Below are positions 25,249-38,799 of a stretch of DNA of 64,000 bases, piece by piece. Position numbers and translations under genes: made by a program. Source of the DNA: Epiperipatus broadwayi (Eukaryota > Animalia > Onychophora); contig JAQFVV010000003.1 of the NCBI GenBank assembly GCA_028023455.1, forward strand, positions 11,222,001 through 11,286,000, given 5' to 3'. Position 1 is the first letter of the stretch. Every line of letters starts with the position of its first letter. Under the pieces are notes generated by a model. The model was not told where the DNA came from. It worked only from the letters and a program-made list of their open reading frames with translations, and made no database searches.

Positions 25249-25584
25249 TATCAACAAATTAAAAATCCTTCTTTTTTTTCTTTTCAAAAACTTTATTTTC
25301 TTATCTCAATACTGAACATATATATATACTGTATATACAGTATTTATATAATACAAAACTCCAACATTTCAACTGTTTATCTTCATACAGTCATTTTCAA
25401 GGATATCTCTCTCCCACTGCTATATTTTATTACTCTTTCTTTTACATTATTTAATTACAAATCAACATTGGAACGTTGGAGTTTTGTATTATATATATAT
25501 ATATATACTGGATATGTTCAGTATTGAGATAAGAAAATAAAGTTTTTGAAAAGGAAAAGGAGAAGAATTTTTAATTTGTTGATA
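25249..25584. mobile_element. MITE-like element with ~120-bp inverted repeats
   Basis: tatcaacaaattaaaaat..ttttcaaaaactttattttcttatctcaatactgaacatat..tataatacaaaactccaac pairs with ~25470-25584. Confidence 0.75.
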
Positions 25585-26099
25585 TTATTGTAGAACATAT
25601 ATATTTTAAAAAAAAGTGGATGAACATTTGCTGTGTTATTATATATGATGTATACAGTATTATAGATTCAGTAGTTATAGATATTTTAAGTTTATATGTT
25701 CTATATTCAAAATACTGAATGCAGCCCTAACATTGTGTTTTATGAATAAAATATTGTATGTGTATACAATTACAGCAAAGTCATTACCTGTATACATATT
25801 ACAATAAGATACTTTTGCTTTTGGGTAAAATGAATTTAATATACATGTTCTCTGACATCACCAGTGATGCAAAATTCAAGATGGCTGCCAAAAAAAAAAT
25901 TTTTTTTTTACTTTTTTCCTGATTGTTATAGTGAAAAATCGATTGTAAATCGAAGTTAGTGGGTACAAATTGATGATGATCGCTATTGTGAAATATCGCT
26001 AAATAGTCAGTCACTAAGCGGGGTATAGGTGTAGTTATTAAATCATTATTTTTATTTTTTATATTCATATATAAAAATTGATGTTTTTTAATCATTTAT

Positions 26100-27760
26100 C
26101 AAAAGTAAATCTCAATTCAATTATATATGAAACTGTGCATTCACATTTTAATCTATAGATACTATTACTTTTTTGTTTCAAAGATATCACATTTTAAAAT
26201 TATTCACCAATCTATTATCATTAGGTGGAATATAAAATGAAACATTATATAATTCTTCACACATAATTTTCAATAGTTAGCTTGGAGCATTTAAAACAGG
26301 TGGAATAAATATCCATTTTTTATCATTAATTTCTTGTATGAACCCTTTTTTTTTTTAAATTGATATATAGTGTATAAAATTTGTTCATAATTATATACCA
26401 ACTTCAATCAGTTCTTTTGCAAATTTTTTAATATTATGTGAATTATCACTTTCACAATGCCACAATTTATCATTATGAAATAAAAAAGACATGATTTGCC
26501 ATTTTTTAAGTACAACTGGCTCCTTTTATTTATAGAAAATATATATCCACTTTCTTGTAATGGTTTAATTAGCAGTTTATAATTTAATAAACAATAGACC
26601 TTGACGCATATATATCCAGTTATTTAATATCTTTATTCTTTTACTTTTGATTGTCAATTTAAAGCCATTTAACTTCTTTAATTTATTCACAAAATAATTT
26701 ATATTATCTTTATGTCTACAAACAAAAATATCAACACATTTTGTAAATTTTAACACATATAATATCAATATTACAAATCCTATCCTCATAAATAGAAAAG
26801 ACAAAATTACAAATTTGTTCAACAATAGGAAGATCCATGGGACAACTTTTAAACATTTCACAATATTTATCTTACAATATTATCTTCAATAAATATTAAA
26901 AGAATACAAAATGAAGTTTATAATGTAGTGGCAATTTTTTTTAGTTACTAGGGTTGCTCAATAATTTTTATGGAAGTTATAACTATCAATGAAACCATTT
27001 AACTCTGTCATATCCAATAAAGCAATAATATAAATTTCATCAATTATAATATTCTTAACTTTGTCTACAAATTTAAAAGATGAAGTAATAAAATTCTTAC
27101 CATATCCAAAAATGTCTTGTAGGAATTTATCAATGGATTTAGACATACAATGGACACATACAAAAAAAAAAAAACACTAAAATCCATCACAAGTCTCAAA
27201 AAATTTCAATCTTTATGAAGTTTTACCTTTACAAAATTATAATGACATATAGAACTTGAAGGATACATATTACAGTATACATTATTACAGCATTATCTTG
27301 GTCTTTTTAATATGCTGTTAATAAATAATATTCTTTGGTCATCTATATTATATTCTTCAATTAAAAATAGACAAGCTTTTCCAGTTGTGTTTTAACTTTT
27401 TCACTATACCCATATTTCAACTTCAAATACATTTGCAACTTTTATTTTCTTTCAAATATATCATTTTATCAGTTTTAAGTTTCCATTTAAATTTTAATTT
27501 CATCAGCAATACTGTCATCATTACTGTTCATTTCAAATGAATTTTGAATTACAGCAATTAACTCTGTGTTATAGTCTTTCTATGTGCCACCTACATATTT
27601 AAAACCATAATCTAAAATATTGAATAATGTATATCTTAATATCAGATAAATTAATAAAATTTATAGTATTATAACTTTGTGGATACTGTTTATAAAACAA
27701 AACTAAAATTTCCTCTCAAATTTCTTACACAATTAAATTCTATTGCTTTAAAATTATTTT
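26100..27760 (-). mobile_element. Heavily decayed Penelope-like RT
   Basis: ORF 26958-27146 (IDKFLQDIF..NFITSSFKFVDKVKNII..IIALLDMTEL, motif A region), CPMDLP at ~26830-26850, and ORF 26577-26861 (KCVDIF..FVNKLKKLNGFKLTIKS, YVDD/IKFT.E region). Confidence 0.6.
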
Positions 27761-27799
27761 GATAAAATAACTTAAAATTCATGCCAATAAAACATGTAT

Positions 27800-29240
27800 T
27801 TACATATTGTACTGGACACTCAATCTATTCTGATCACAGAGGGGACCAACAGATCACTACGTATCTGGAAAAATTTATTTACTGTAATCAGAATGGATGA
27901 TGATGATGGTTTGCGCTGACGAAACTCAGAGAGAAACAAGAGATCTTAAAATTGTTTAGACAATTGAGACACAAAAGCACCAAGACAATCGTCAGCCAAA
28001 TTAAGTTTAAACAAATTTTTTTAAAATTTTATTAAGAGAAGACTTATAAAAAAAGTTTCTAAATTAACAAATAGGATTAGGTCAGGCGTGTACCAGAAAG
28101 ACTAAACGCAATGCTCTGGCAGACCTACTGATCTTCTAATAATGAATTATAAAGGGAAGAAGCAATTACCTTCAGCAGAGGATTCACCCAAACATTGGTT
28201 TTCCCATTCAGATACTTAAATAATATGTTCTTGAAATAAATCAATGAAACCAGTGCCGGCGAGCTTTTCGAGGCCCAAAAAATGTGTCGGGACCACAAAT
28301 GTCATATGCCGGTAGAAGCTGCACCTATTATTACATTTAAAATAAAGATGATTGATTTACCTCAAGAACAACTGAAAAATATGATTTAAAATGAAACAAA
28401 AACAAACAATTAAAACTGGCGAATCCCCAACCAAACGATAGGCGAAAAACTGCTCTAAGTATCATAATTAAAGGTCTCAATAGGAGACAAGCAAATAATT
28501 AGAAAAGCAGTTATGTCTGCCCAAGCATTTCAAGGAAAATAAACTTACAAAACAAATTCTGAATACATGCTCAAATAAATTTAAAGCCACATGTAAATAC
28601 AAAAATAAATCTATCGGAGAGTGCACATGAGTACGAAAATATTAAAGCTTTAAATACTTTAGCAGAATGAAAGTCTCTCTCACCTGTAATTTACAAAGGG
28701 ATAAATATTATCTTCCTGCTGGCGACTTATAAAATTACAAAGAAAAAACAATTCTAGTTTCCGCTTTCAGAGATATAAGAAACGAAGAAATGAAATCCCC
28801 ACCTGCGGAAAACTATGACACTAAAGTCACCATCCAAAAGATTTTTTTGGTGGTTTGCAAAAGCGCAAACATAGTATTTAAAATTAATTAATGGCTACTA
28901 AAATAATTACAGGTAAGAATTAAAATATACATGACTGCTAAAGCATTTATAAAAGTTAGGCATAAAAATATAAAAAAAACTCACTCGTCACTCTCCAATA
29001 AACAAAAATTGAAGGCAATTTTGGAATCTTAAAACTAAAATTCCAAGACACATTACAAAATATAAAAAAACACAACAAATATTAAATATGAGGCTAAATA
29101 TGGCTTATGAATACAGATTTATAATTAGATTGAGTGGCGATTTAATTTAAAAAAATTTGCCTTGGGAAGAATCAAATAAAATTTTACCTTACGATAAAGC
29201 ACAGTTCGCGTAGAATGCACATGTTTATTTTAGTCCATTT
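27800..29240 (+). mobile_element. Probable LINE 5' end/ORF1 remnant (unassigned)
   Basis: CpG-retaining, coding-like composition with interrupted frames (PIITFKIKMIDLPQEQLK, WRIPNQTIGEKL). No decisive motif. Confidence 0.25.
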
Positions 29241-32200
29241 TCAGGTCCTTTGACAATGGCAAGGTAGAGGCAGTGGGGTCTTTTTTATTTTAGGTATTCG
29301 TGGCAGGATTGAAGGAGAGTTGGCAGGCATGGGTATGTCTTTTGAGTTAAACTAGCATGACATATTGTTGGTTATAAAATGTATAGAAGTATATTTTGGC
29401 ATCCTGGAGAAAGCAAAATTGTTTTAGTAACTGCAAATTTTGCTTTTAAAGATTAAATGTCCAAACTGCTAATGGTACAAATGTTGAAGAGGTTAATTAA
29501 TCCGAATGAATATTGGAAATAAGAAGCTGAACGAATCACTTTGATGGAGTGTTGACTTACTCAATCTCTCTAGGATAGAATAGAATAGAATAACCCATGA
29601 AATTTTTGGTGTTATTTATACCTCCACTCAATTTCCCATGAAACTAGCCTTGTTGTTCAATTTCTATGCCTCAGGGCAGGGTAAATATTAATCTCCAGCT
29701 CAATCTAATCTAAGAATTCTAACCAGGGTTTATTGAAATGAAAACAACTACATAAAATCAAATCTCCACTTTTAGAATGAGTTTACAATGATTAAAATAA
29801 AAGCAACAGGAATGTAATTAGCTAGACAGCTTGTTTTTAATGAAATTGATTAAAAAAAAAGTAAAAACAAGCGGTATCAGAAAACTATTTTAAAAACAAT
29901 TTTATAAACATTAAAACAATCTATTTTAAATATAAACTAGTAGGTGTTTTAATATACTCTTTTTAAATAATAATTTTAAAAAATTTAACATTAGATAAGA
30001 TTTAACAAAAATTAAGTTTTTAATTTTGGCAGTAAAATCCTTGAATCGGATATCAATCCAGTTCAATATATTAATTATTCAATGATATTTAAATATTTAC
30101 CAATACTAAACACATTGGGTTTTTTTTACATTTTCTTGTTAAACTATTTAAAATTATACTTTTTATATTATAAATTTGCTTAGGCATTAAATTTAAATAC
30201 TTATTAAATTTGGCATTACAACTATTGGAAAACACATAATATATTTTGCAACTTTTGAAAATATGTACATATTTTATGTAAAAAATAAGAGTAATCATAA
30301 TTTAATAACAGTATCCATCCTTTGATCATGAAAAAATGTATAATTTTACTTTCCATTTTGACCTGGAAAACACTAAAATTCTTTATGAAGAAAAAAAAAC
30401 CATAATAATAATAAAAAAAAATTAAAGAGGCAATTTTGATAAATAGAAATAAAAAAATCTTTAATTAATAGATAAAGTGTGAATGTTAAAATTCACGAAT
30501 CTTGTGATATTGCATGATGACATTTAATTTTGCCAAATTTAAAAGGTTTGTATTTTTTTTCTTTCTGATGAAAACCAGTCCTCTAGTTGAAATATAATAT
30601 TATTTATTGGATTTATAAGTCTTTTTTTGTTTTTATATATATATAATGAATAAACTTAACTATGAAGAATATGCTTTATGAAGTATTTAGATTAATATAT
30701 CTATGTTTCTGAAAAGAACAATTTAAATAAATATGTTCTACCAGTGATTATTTTATAGATTTGAAACTAGTAAATTTAATAAAAAAAGTAAAACAAAGAG
30801 ATATATAATAATGTATGTTAGAATTCATATGTGTGTGTTTGTGGGAAGGTAGGCATCATTAAAAAAATTAAAAACTAAAATAAAACTAGATTATGCAAAA
30901 AGATATATTAAAAAATGAAAGACTTAAAGTCTTCAATAATATCACCAAAGATTTAAAGGAGCTAATAAGAGATTACATGTGAAAAATAAGTTTATTAGAA
31001 TGATGCAAAGTTATAAACAGGGAAAACTAGATTAAACTTGAAGAGATCAGCATTATTAAATGAAGCAAAAATGACTAAAATAATATACAAATAACTTAAC
31101 TGTATCTATAATAATGTGCCAATAAAACTACTAGCAGAAATATTTTTTGTTTTACAGAAATTCTTATTATTCAAAAATAAAAATGCATGAAATGATATTG
31201 ATAAAAATTTCATAAGACAAAGTAAACACTTCAAAATATTAAAGAAGTTGTTTAATTAGTTACGAGGATAAAAATTGTGATGGTTAAACAAGAATTTATT
31301 AGGCAGAATTGTGAAATTAAATAGGAAAAAAATTAATCTGATACTGTGTTTGAAATCTAAGTCTTTATTTGGATATGCACTATGCATGGGTATTATATAA
31401 ATTTGAAATTGAACCATTTTAATATTCTCTATTAAGAAAGTATACATCTTCAAAATATGATCATATCAAATATAAAAAAAAACATTATATAGTTGGAAGT
31501 ATCAGATTAATAGATAACACACAAATGTATAACAATCCTAATATTATTAATTTCTTCAGAAATATTACTATATATAACAATTATACGTACTATAAGATAA
31601 CAAGTCTTCTATATGTAATGACAAAGACAGCACAATTCAACTTAATCATAGTCTAAATAACAACCAAACATGCATATATACTGCTGTTAAACAGTATGCT
31701 TTTCTGCAAAAGACATTCATATAATAAATATTTAGTTTTATGGTAACAAATATTTGTTATATCAAGCTATTCATAAAGCTTGAAAAAGAGTGAAAGTGAC
31801 TAAGATCATAAAATAAAGACTTATGCACTAGTACTAAAGTATAAACAAAACAATGCATAATATTATCATGGATTATGATGAAAAATAAATAACTTTTTAT
31901 GTTGATATTTTACTTACTTTATATATATATTATTTGTGATCTATTTACTGACTTTTCCCCTTCTAATAATGAATAAATATCTGGGATTTTTTTTCATATT
32001 CTTTTTAGTTAATTTTATCATAAAATTATTAAACGATTTTATTGCTCAGACATTCATAAAAAGTTTAAGTGCTGGAAGAGCCAGAACTGGAATTGATATG
32101 AGTACCTTAAATTTATCTAGAGTCTGACACTACTACTGCACTAAACCATGCAAGGAAACTTCATCATAAAATGAACTTTTTAAATAGCAGTAAAATAGCA

Positions 32201-33925
32201 ATTAAAAAAGTTCCTAGTGAGACCATTTTTTTTACAATTATGAGCACTGCTGATGACAATAGATAATGGTTTACTTGATGATAGTTCTTTTTCTTGTAAT
32301 TATTGGTTAATTATTAATTTTATCAAACTGATGCTTGAAACTAATTTATCAGTAGTTAAGGATGATGTAACTCTCAGTGACCATTCCATTAAACTAGAAT
32401 TGTTATTTCTATACTTGGGATACTAATCCTGGATCTTTAAACCACTTTGCCATTTAAAAAAAAAAGAGAGAGAAGAGGGAGAGGTATATATATTGATTTG
32501 TTTTTGCTAGTGTGAGAAATAACTTTTAAAAAATTAAGACTAATATAAAAGTATACTCCATTTACATTTTCCAAGTGGCAGATAAAATTGATGATTCAAA
32601 TATGTGTAATTTTATATTCATCAATACTGATTGCTTCAGTAGTACACCCTGATTACATATATGTGTGTTGGTAATGCGTATATTTATCTTTTTGTCTGTG
32701 CTTATCTGCCGATTGATTTTTCTAATCACTAATCAATTTATTTATCAATCTATATGGTCATTTACCTATCTAGCCTAATTAATGTATGGATGACTTGATA
32801 GACAATCAGACAAACAAAAAAGTAAGAAAGTAGATTCTAAATAGTTAGGTAGTACATAAATAAATAGAACTGTAACAAATAGGTTGATTGATAAATAGAT
32901 AGATATAAATGTTCAAATTGCAATAAAATTAGTCATTCTAAAATGTACAGCATAGTTAAATGAAAAATAATGACCAAATGATCACTATTAAAAGCTCATT
33001 CTGAATCAGCAATATCCTTTTAATATATATATATATTAGTGATGGAAAAAAATTGTGAAGCATATCATAATTTTTTCTAACACAAATGAAGTGATTGTTT
33101 ATTCATATCTATAAAACTAATAACTGCTATATTTTCAGATTTTTATATTCATTTAGCATGTAACAAAATCACAAATATATTATCACTGAGCTAAATAATA
33201 CACCACAGATGAAAACACTTTTAGCAGTAGAATCACTCTCGTATCAAAACAACATATTTCAGCCAAAAAGACGTCTATTCACCAAGTAATATTGTATAAC
33301 TAGCTGGATCATCTATGGGTTATCTTTGCTTGGTATTCTTCAACTACAAAAAATATTTGTAAGCTTTGCTCTAATAGTGAAACCATGCCATAGACACCTA
33401 CAGTACATGAAAAATTTAAGAATGTGCACAATAATAAAAGAATAGAACAGAAGGAGGGGGATAGAGAAGAGATTTTTGAATTTTCTATAATTTTGTCTCT
33501 TGAAGTCATAACATGTTTTTTTGTCTTTTTTAAAAAAAGCAATTCTTTTAATTAAGCAAAAATTTATAATTACAGTAATATATTTTAATAAAAAAAAAAT
33601 TTTTAAATAATATAAGAAAAATCTAAAATGATACTTTTTCAATTTATTAAAAAGAGATAATTATTTTAAATATATATAAATAACTACAAGTTTTGTATTA
33701 CTGTATTTATATAAAAATAATCAATTAGTTCATTACTCAAGAAGTCACACATATTCGAGCATGAGAAGTGATAAATTAAGCTTCAAATAAAGAAACCTTT
33801 AGTTCTCAACTCTGTCATTCTAACATTGCATAAAACTGAAGTAATTATAATTTTAAAATCTTTTTCGCCTATCATTTGTATATCTATATATTCACATATG
33901 TAAACTATTTCCAACTAAATGAACA

Positions 33926-36190
33926 ATCATCATCATCATTATCAACCATTATCAATCCACTGCAGGATGAAGGTCTCTCCAAGTTTAATCCATCTTCTCC
34001 GATCTTTAGCTTCTCTTCTCCACATCACCCCTACACATTTTCTTATTTCATCCATCCATCTTACATGTGGTCTCCTTCTGGGTCTTTTACAATCTCTTGG
34101 AATCCAGTTTAAAATTTCAATTGTCCATCTATTATCATCTCTTCTAGCAATATGTCCAGCCCAACTCCACTTCAATCTTTTAATTTTTTCAATGAGGTCA
34201 GTAACACCTGTTTGTTCTCTTACCCATACATTGCGTTTTCGATCTCTTCTTGTTACTCCCAACATACATCTCTCCATACTTCTTTGAGTGGTCTGAAGTC
34301 TCTGTATTGATCTTCTATTAAGTGTCCAAGTCTCAGATCCATAAGTAAGAACTGGTAAAACACATTTGTTAAAAACCTTTCTTTTCAAACACATAGGCAT
34401 ATTTCCTTTTAATATCAAGTTATTTCTACCAAAAGCACTCCAACCAAGTTTAATTCTATGATTAATTTCCTCTATTATGTTTCCATCTGTATTAATAATC
34501 TGACCAAGGTATTTGTAACTCTTAACTTCTTCTAATTCATCATAATCAATCTTTATTTTCATATTTTGAGCAAATCGATTAAACATTACTTTAGTCTTTT
34601 TAACATTTATCTTTAGTCCTACTTTCCTACTTTCATCTGATAACTCCTGCAACATTTCCTGCAGCTCGGAAGCATTATTTGCAAAAACAACTACATCATC
34701 TGCGAAATCTAAATGACTTAAATAATCTCCATTTACTTTCACTCCTTTAGTTTCCCATTTTAATCCACAAAATACTTCTTGCAGCACTGCTGTAAAAAGT
34801 TTTGGAGATATGGAGTCACCTTGTCTTACCTTTCTCAATGTTGACTTTCCCAGTATCATTATGTAATCTAATTGTTGCTGTTGCATTTTTATAAATATTC
34901 TTTAAAATATGACAATATCCTGGATCTATACCTTGATGATCCAATGCTTTAATCACTGAAGAAATGTTTATAGAATCAAATGCCTTTTCATAATCTACAA
35001 ATCCAAAACATAATGACAACTCATATTCATTTGTCCTTTCTATAACTTCTCTCAATACTTGAATATGATCTACTGTACTAAAACCACTTTTAAATCCAGC
35101 TTGTTCTCTTGGTTGGTGAAAATCCAAGGTTCTCTGTAGACGAGTTGTAATTATCTTGGTAAAAATTTTATATAAAACTGATAAAAGGCTGATAGGTCTG
35201 TAATTTCTAATATCTTCTTTATCACCTTTTTTAAATATTAATATTATTACTGCATTCTTCCAATCATCCAGTACATCTTTATCATTTAGACATTTGGTAT
35301 ATAACTTTGCTAATATTTTTTCTGTTTCTTCACCTGCTTCTTTTAATATATCAATTATAATTCCATCATTACCTGGAGCCTTTCCTTTTTTCATACATTT
35401 AATTGCATTTCTCACTTCTTCATTTAAAATTCTGGGCAATTCGGAAGATGTAATAGATATAGGAGGTACTTGTTCTTTATTACTATATAATTCTTGATAA
35501 AAATCTTCTACCAATTTCATAATGTCATCCCTCTTTTTAGTAATAATTCCATCTTTTTCCTTATTGCAGATATAAATTTCCTACCAATACCAAAATGTTG
35601 TTTTACATTCTTAAGACTTTTATTTTCTTCTACAGCTTTTCTTGCTAGTTCACAGTTATACTTTCTTATATCATTTTCAACTCTTTTCCGCACCATTTTA
35701 CAAAATTCGAGATATTCAATTCTTTTTAATGCATCATTCTTGCATATCTTCATATTCCTTCTTTTCTTCATAAGTTCTCTAGTCTCAGTAGAAATTTTAT
35801 TAGTCAATTGCTGCTTTTTTCTACCAGCTATCTTTGTTGCAGTTTTTAAAAGTGTATCAGTTATTTTCATATTAATTTCATTCAAATCTTAATCATGTTC
35901 AAAATCTACTAATACTTGAAACCGATTTGTAAGTTCTAATTTAAATTCATTAGAATGTTTCTGAAGATTAGGAATATCAACTGTAAATATAGTTTTTCTT
36001 AATAATTTTTGTCTCTCTAGTTTTACATTAACATGTATCTTACCCCTTACTAATCGATGATCACTTCCTGTGTTAATTTTATTAAGAACATTACAATCTT
36101 GAAATATGTATTTCCTGTTAGTCAAAATATAATCCAATTCTGCTGTACCTTCATTTGGATGCTTCCATGTCCAATATGAATTCATTAATC
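33926..36190 (-). mobile_element. RTE-clade LINE, 5'-truncated in the APE domain, frameshifted; best-preserved element in the window
   Basis: Four colinear ORFs (35889-36185, 35517-35885, 34816-35520, 33942-34886) give LDYIL..SDHRLV, KGKAPGNDGI, NYRPISLL, QAGF, FVDYEKAFDS, VRQGDSISPKLF, HLDFADD, YKYLG, LTYGSETW, KWSWAGHIARR. (GAT)n 3' tail at 33926-33941. Confidence 0.95.
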
Positions 36191-38799
36191 AAGAAAATTA
36201 CCGCAAAAAATTAATGGTCTCTCATCAGATGCATACTACAAAGTACTTAATAAAAAAAACAATAGTATTGAATCTTGTCTATCTTATCTTTAAGATCAGA
36301 TCATTTACTAACTGTGCAATGATTCCTTATGCCTATGTTGCAATACAATGCGAGTGTGTGTGTGTGTATAATGCTTAAAAGTACATATTTTTAAAAGTAC
36401 TATAAATAGATCAGATCGCTTCTACTTAAAAAATTAGTGAGTCAGAAATTTTTAAATCTATGTATGTGGAATTTATGATTAAGTTGGTTAAAATTGATCT
36501 TTCTCATGACTATTAGAATTATTTATAGAATTATCTGTCATGATATAAATGGTGCAATATAATCAATGTTTTAAAATGAATTTCATTTCAAATATATTTG
36601 TATTTGTATGCAAGAAATAGTTAAAGAAGTATTTGCTTATAAAGAAATGTGTGTATGAAAAAGTGCATATCTATAGACCAATAAATATATTTCTATATTT
36701 AAGTGGGATAAATCAATGCTTTTAAATGTTAAAAAAAGTTAGTAAATGATGATATAAAAAAAAAAAAATCAAAATAAGATCATAGTAGTTAATAGGGACT
36801 TTAATAAAAAAAAGTCACATTATTTGTGGCACACAGAATTTAGAATTATAGAAGAAACTTTATAAATATTTGTTTGAAATGATGTAAAAGTTATAGCCAG
36901 CCTATAACTGATTTATGGCATGTCTGTCATTCTAAGTAGCATTTTAGTTATTTTTATTTTTTTAAAAAACAAAAACAAAAAAACAATTCATTAAAGTCAC
37001 AAAACTTTAATATTCCCACGAGAATGGCCAACTTTCCACAACTTATGTATATTAACACAGTTATATTGTTTATTTAACAAATTGTCTAAAATATCTTTAA
37101 CTTTCTTTTCTTCAAATTGTTTTCCATGTGTAAAATAAAAACACCATCAAAGCAGAAACTTTCATTACAAATAATTGACTGTTTTGCAAACACAGATTTA
37201 AGTCTATCCATAGAATATTGCAATTTATTATATAAAAGTTATATTATATAAAAGTTTATGTTCAAGAATTTTCTTTTTCAGAGCACACCAATGTAACTGA
37301 ACCCCTATCAGCACACCACATTATTTACAATATTACATTTTTTGATTTTATTAACAGCATTCTTTCCACCAATAATTAATCTATCAGAAATTGGTCCATT
37401 AAAATGCAAAGAAACCAATGATGTAATCATAAATAAATAGGAAATAATCTTAAGTAAAAATGATTTTTTAAAAAGTAAAAACGGAAAATTAAAAGTTATA
37501 TTTAACATATATATTATTGCACAGATGGAAAACTTTAAAAAAAAAAAAAAAGTATTTAAAAGTACTTTTTGTAGAAAAAAATAAAAATCTAAAAATAAAT
37601 TAATATTTTTCTCAAAAATTATATAAAAGAAAATAGAAATAAGTGATAATTAATTTCTATTTTAAGAATCATGTTTAATCTTAGTAAATGGAAATGATTG
37701 TTCTATAATTGTAAGTAAAGCAAACTAGCCCTTTGGGCACTTATATGATTGTAAGTCAAATAAGAGAATGAAAAAATTAAAGATTGACCAATGCAAGCAC
37801 CAAGCCATGCATGGGCCATAAAGGAAAAACATTCAAACCTTAAAAAAAATGACATCATGTTCAATGGATCCGAAAATTTATGATAAGAAGGCCTCATACT
37901 ATAAAAAGAAAAAATTATTGAATTCATTTAGTTGTTGTTAAAAATGCCGACTATTGATGTTCTAACTGTAGCTGTATTGCAGACTCCATGATGTAGAAGT
38001 CTTGAAATAGATTTAATTTCCTGCATTAGCTGAGGCCTCCTTATAACAATTCCTGACCAGCGGTTGCATCTCCAGAGAACAATCTACACAAAATGTGAGA
38101 CTTAGGAGGGACTTCCATAAACCTTCCAGAACCAGGAGGATTTGTAAAAAAAAAACCATTACCCTGGAGTATAAACTTTTTCAATATGAACTTATAGATC
38201 AATCTCTTAAACTTTCAATTAATAACCTCAAGTATGAACTATTATCTGACTTAAAAAATTCTAATTCCCTCAATAATATTTTTTTATGTATATGTTTGCT
38301 AACCATTTCCATTTTTCTTTTATTTATTTTTATCTATTAACTAAATTATTAAATTTAAAGTTGGGTGTAGATGGCTGCAGAGATTCATTAAGTTTTGGGT
38401 TAGGTCATTGGGTTTAATTTCAAATTATGTTTTGTAATTGAGTTCGATGCTGGTGGAGGAATGTATGAGTATTTACAACAATGTAATGTGAAGCATGTTA
38501 GCATACAGGGCGATGTGTCCAACTGAATACACGACACATTGCAATGGATGTAGACATATTTCCTGTGACATTGATCCTCTTTCGCTATATGGATAGGGAC
38601 TATAAGTTAGCAATAGTACCGCTCTCCCTCCATACTAGCATTTCTCTTAATATTTAATCTCAAAAGAATTTATTTATTTATGAAAAATAGTGTGTTTACA
38701 TACTTTTTAGAGACAGAAAATATTATGTTTTATATATTTCAAACAGTCTGGAATCATTTGATGCATAATGTATCTATTAATTATTTTTTGCCTAGTCAA

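Larger units (their letters stand above)
24143..26023. mobile_element. piggyBac-like non-autonomous element with nested hairpin MITEs
   Basis: Imperfect TIRs ccctcttagcgat and gtcactaagcgggg, with TTAA-like flanks (ttag, tata). Internal caagatggctgcc motif and retained CpGs near both ends. Confidence 0.45.

Noticed and set aside
25968-26030. TGATGA box-C-like motif (snoRNA)
   Set aside because: No box D or terminal stem at a suitable distance; it lies in a transposon end.
27895-27945. CTGACGA...GAAAC hammerhead-like string
   Set aside because: Stem II and stem I cannot form.
29250-31460. Faint LINE-like fragments (29.25-29.7 kb minus; 30.9-31.4 kb plus)
   Set aside because: Too decayed to support a call by eye.
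32030-33420. Exon-like stretches on both strands
   Set aside because: All tested frames hit stops before a usable donor, and no homology was recognised.
33919-35892. Plus-strand ORFs 33919-34287, 35294-35497 and 35494-35892
   Set aside because: Antisense shadows of the RTE coding sequence.
33890-36210. TSD for the young RTE
   Set aside because: No convincing direct repeat at the two ends.
37308-37508. RLIIGGKNA resembling a trypsin activation site
   Set aside because: No downstream protease motifs, no good splice donor, and a low-complexity surrounding frame.
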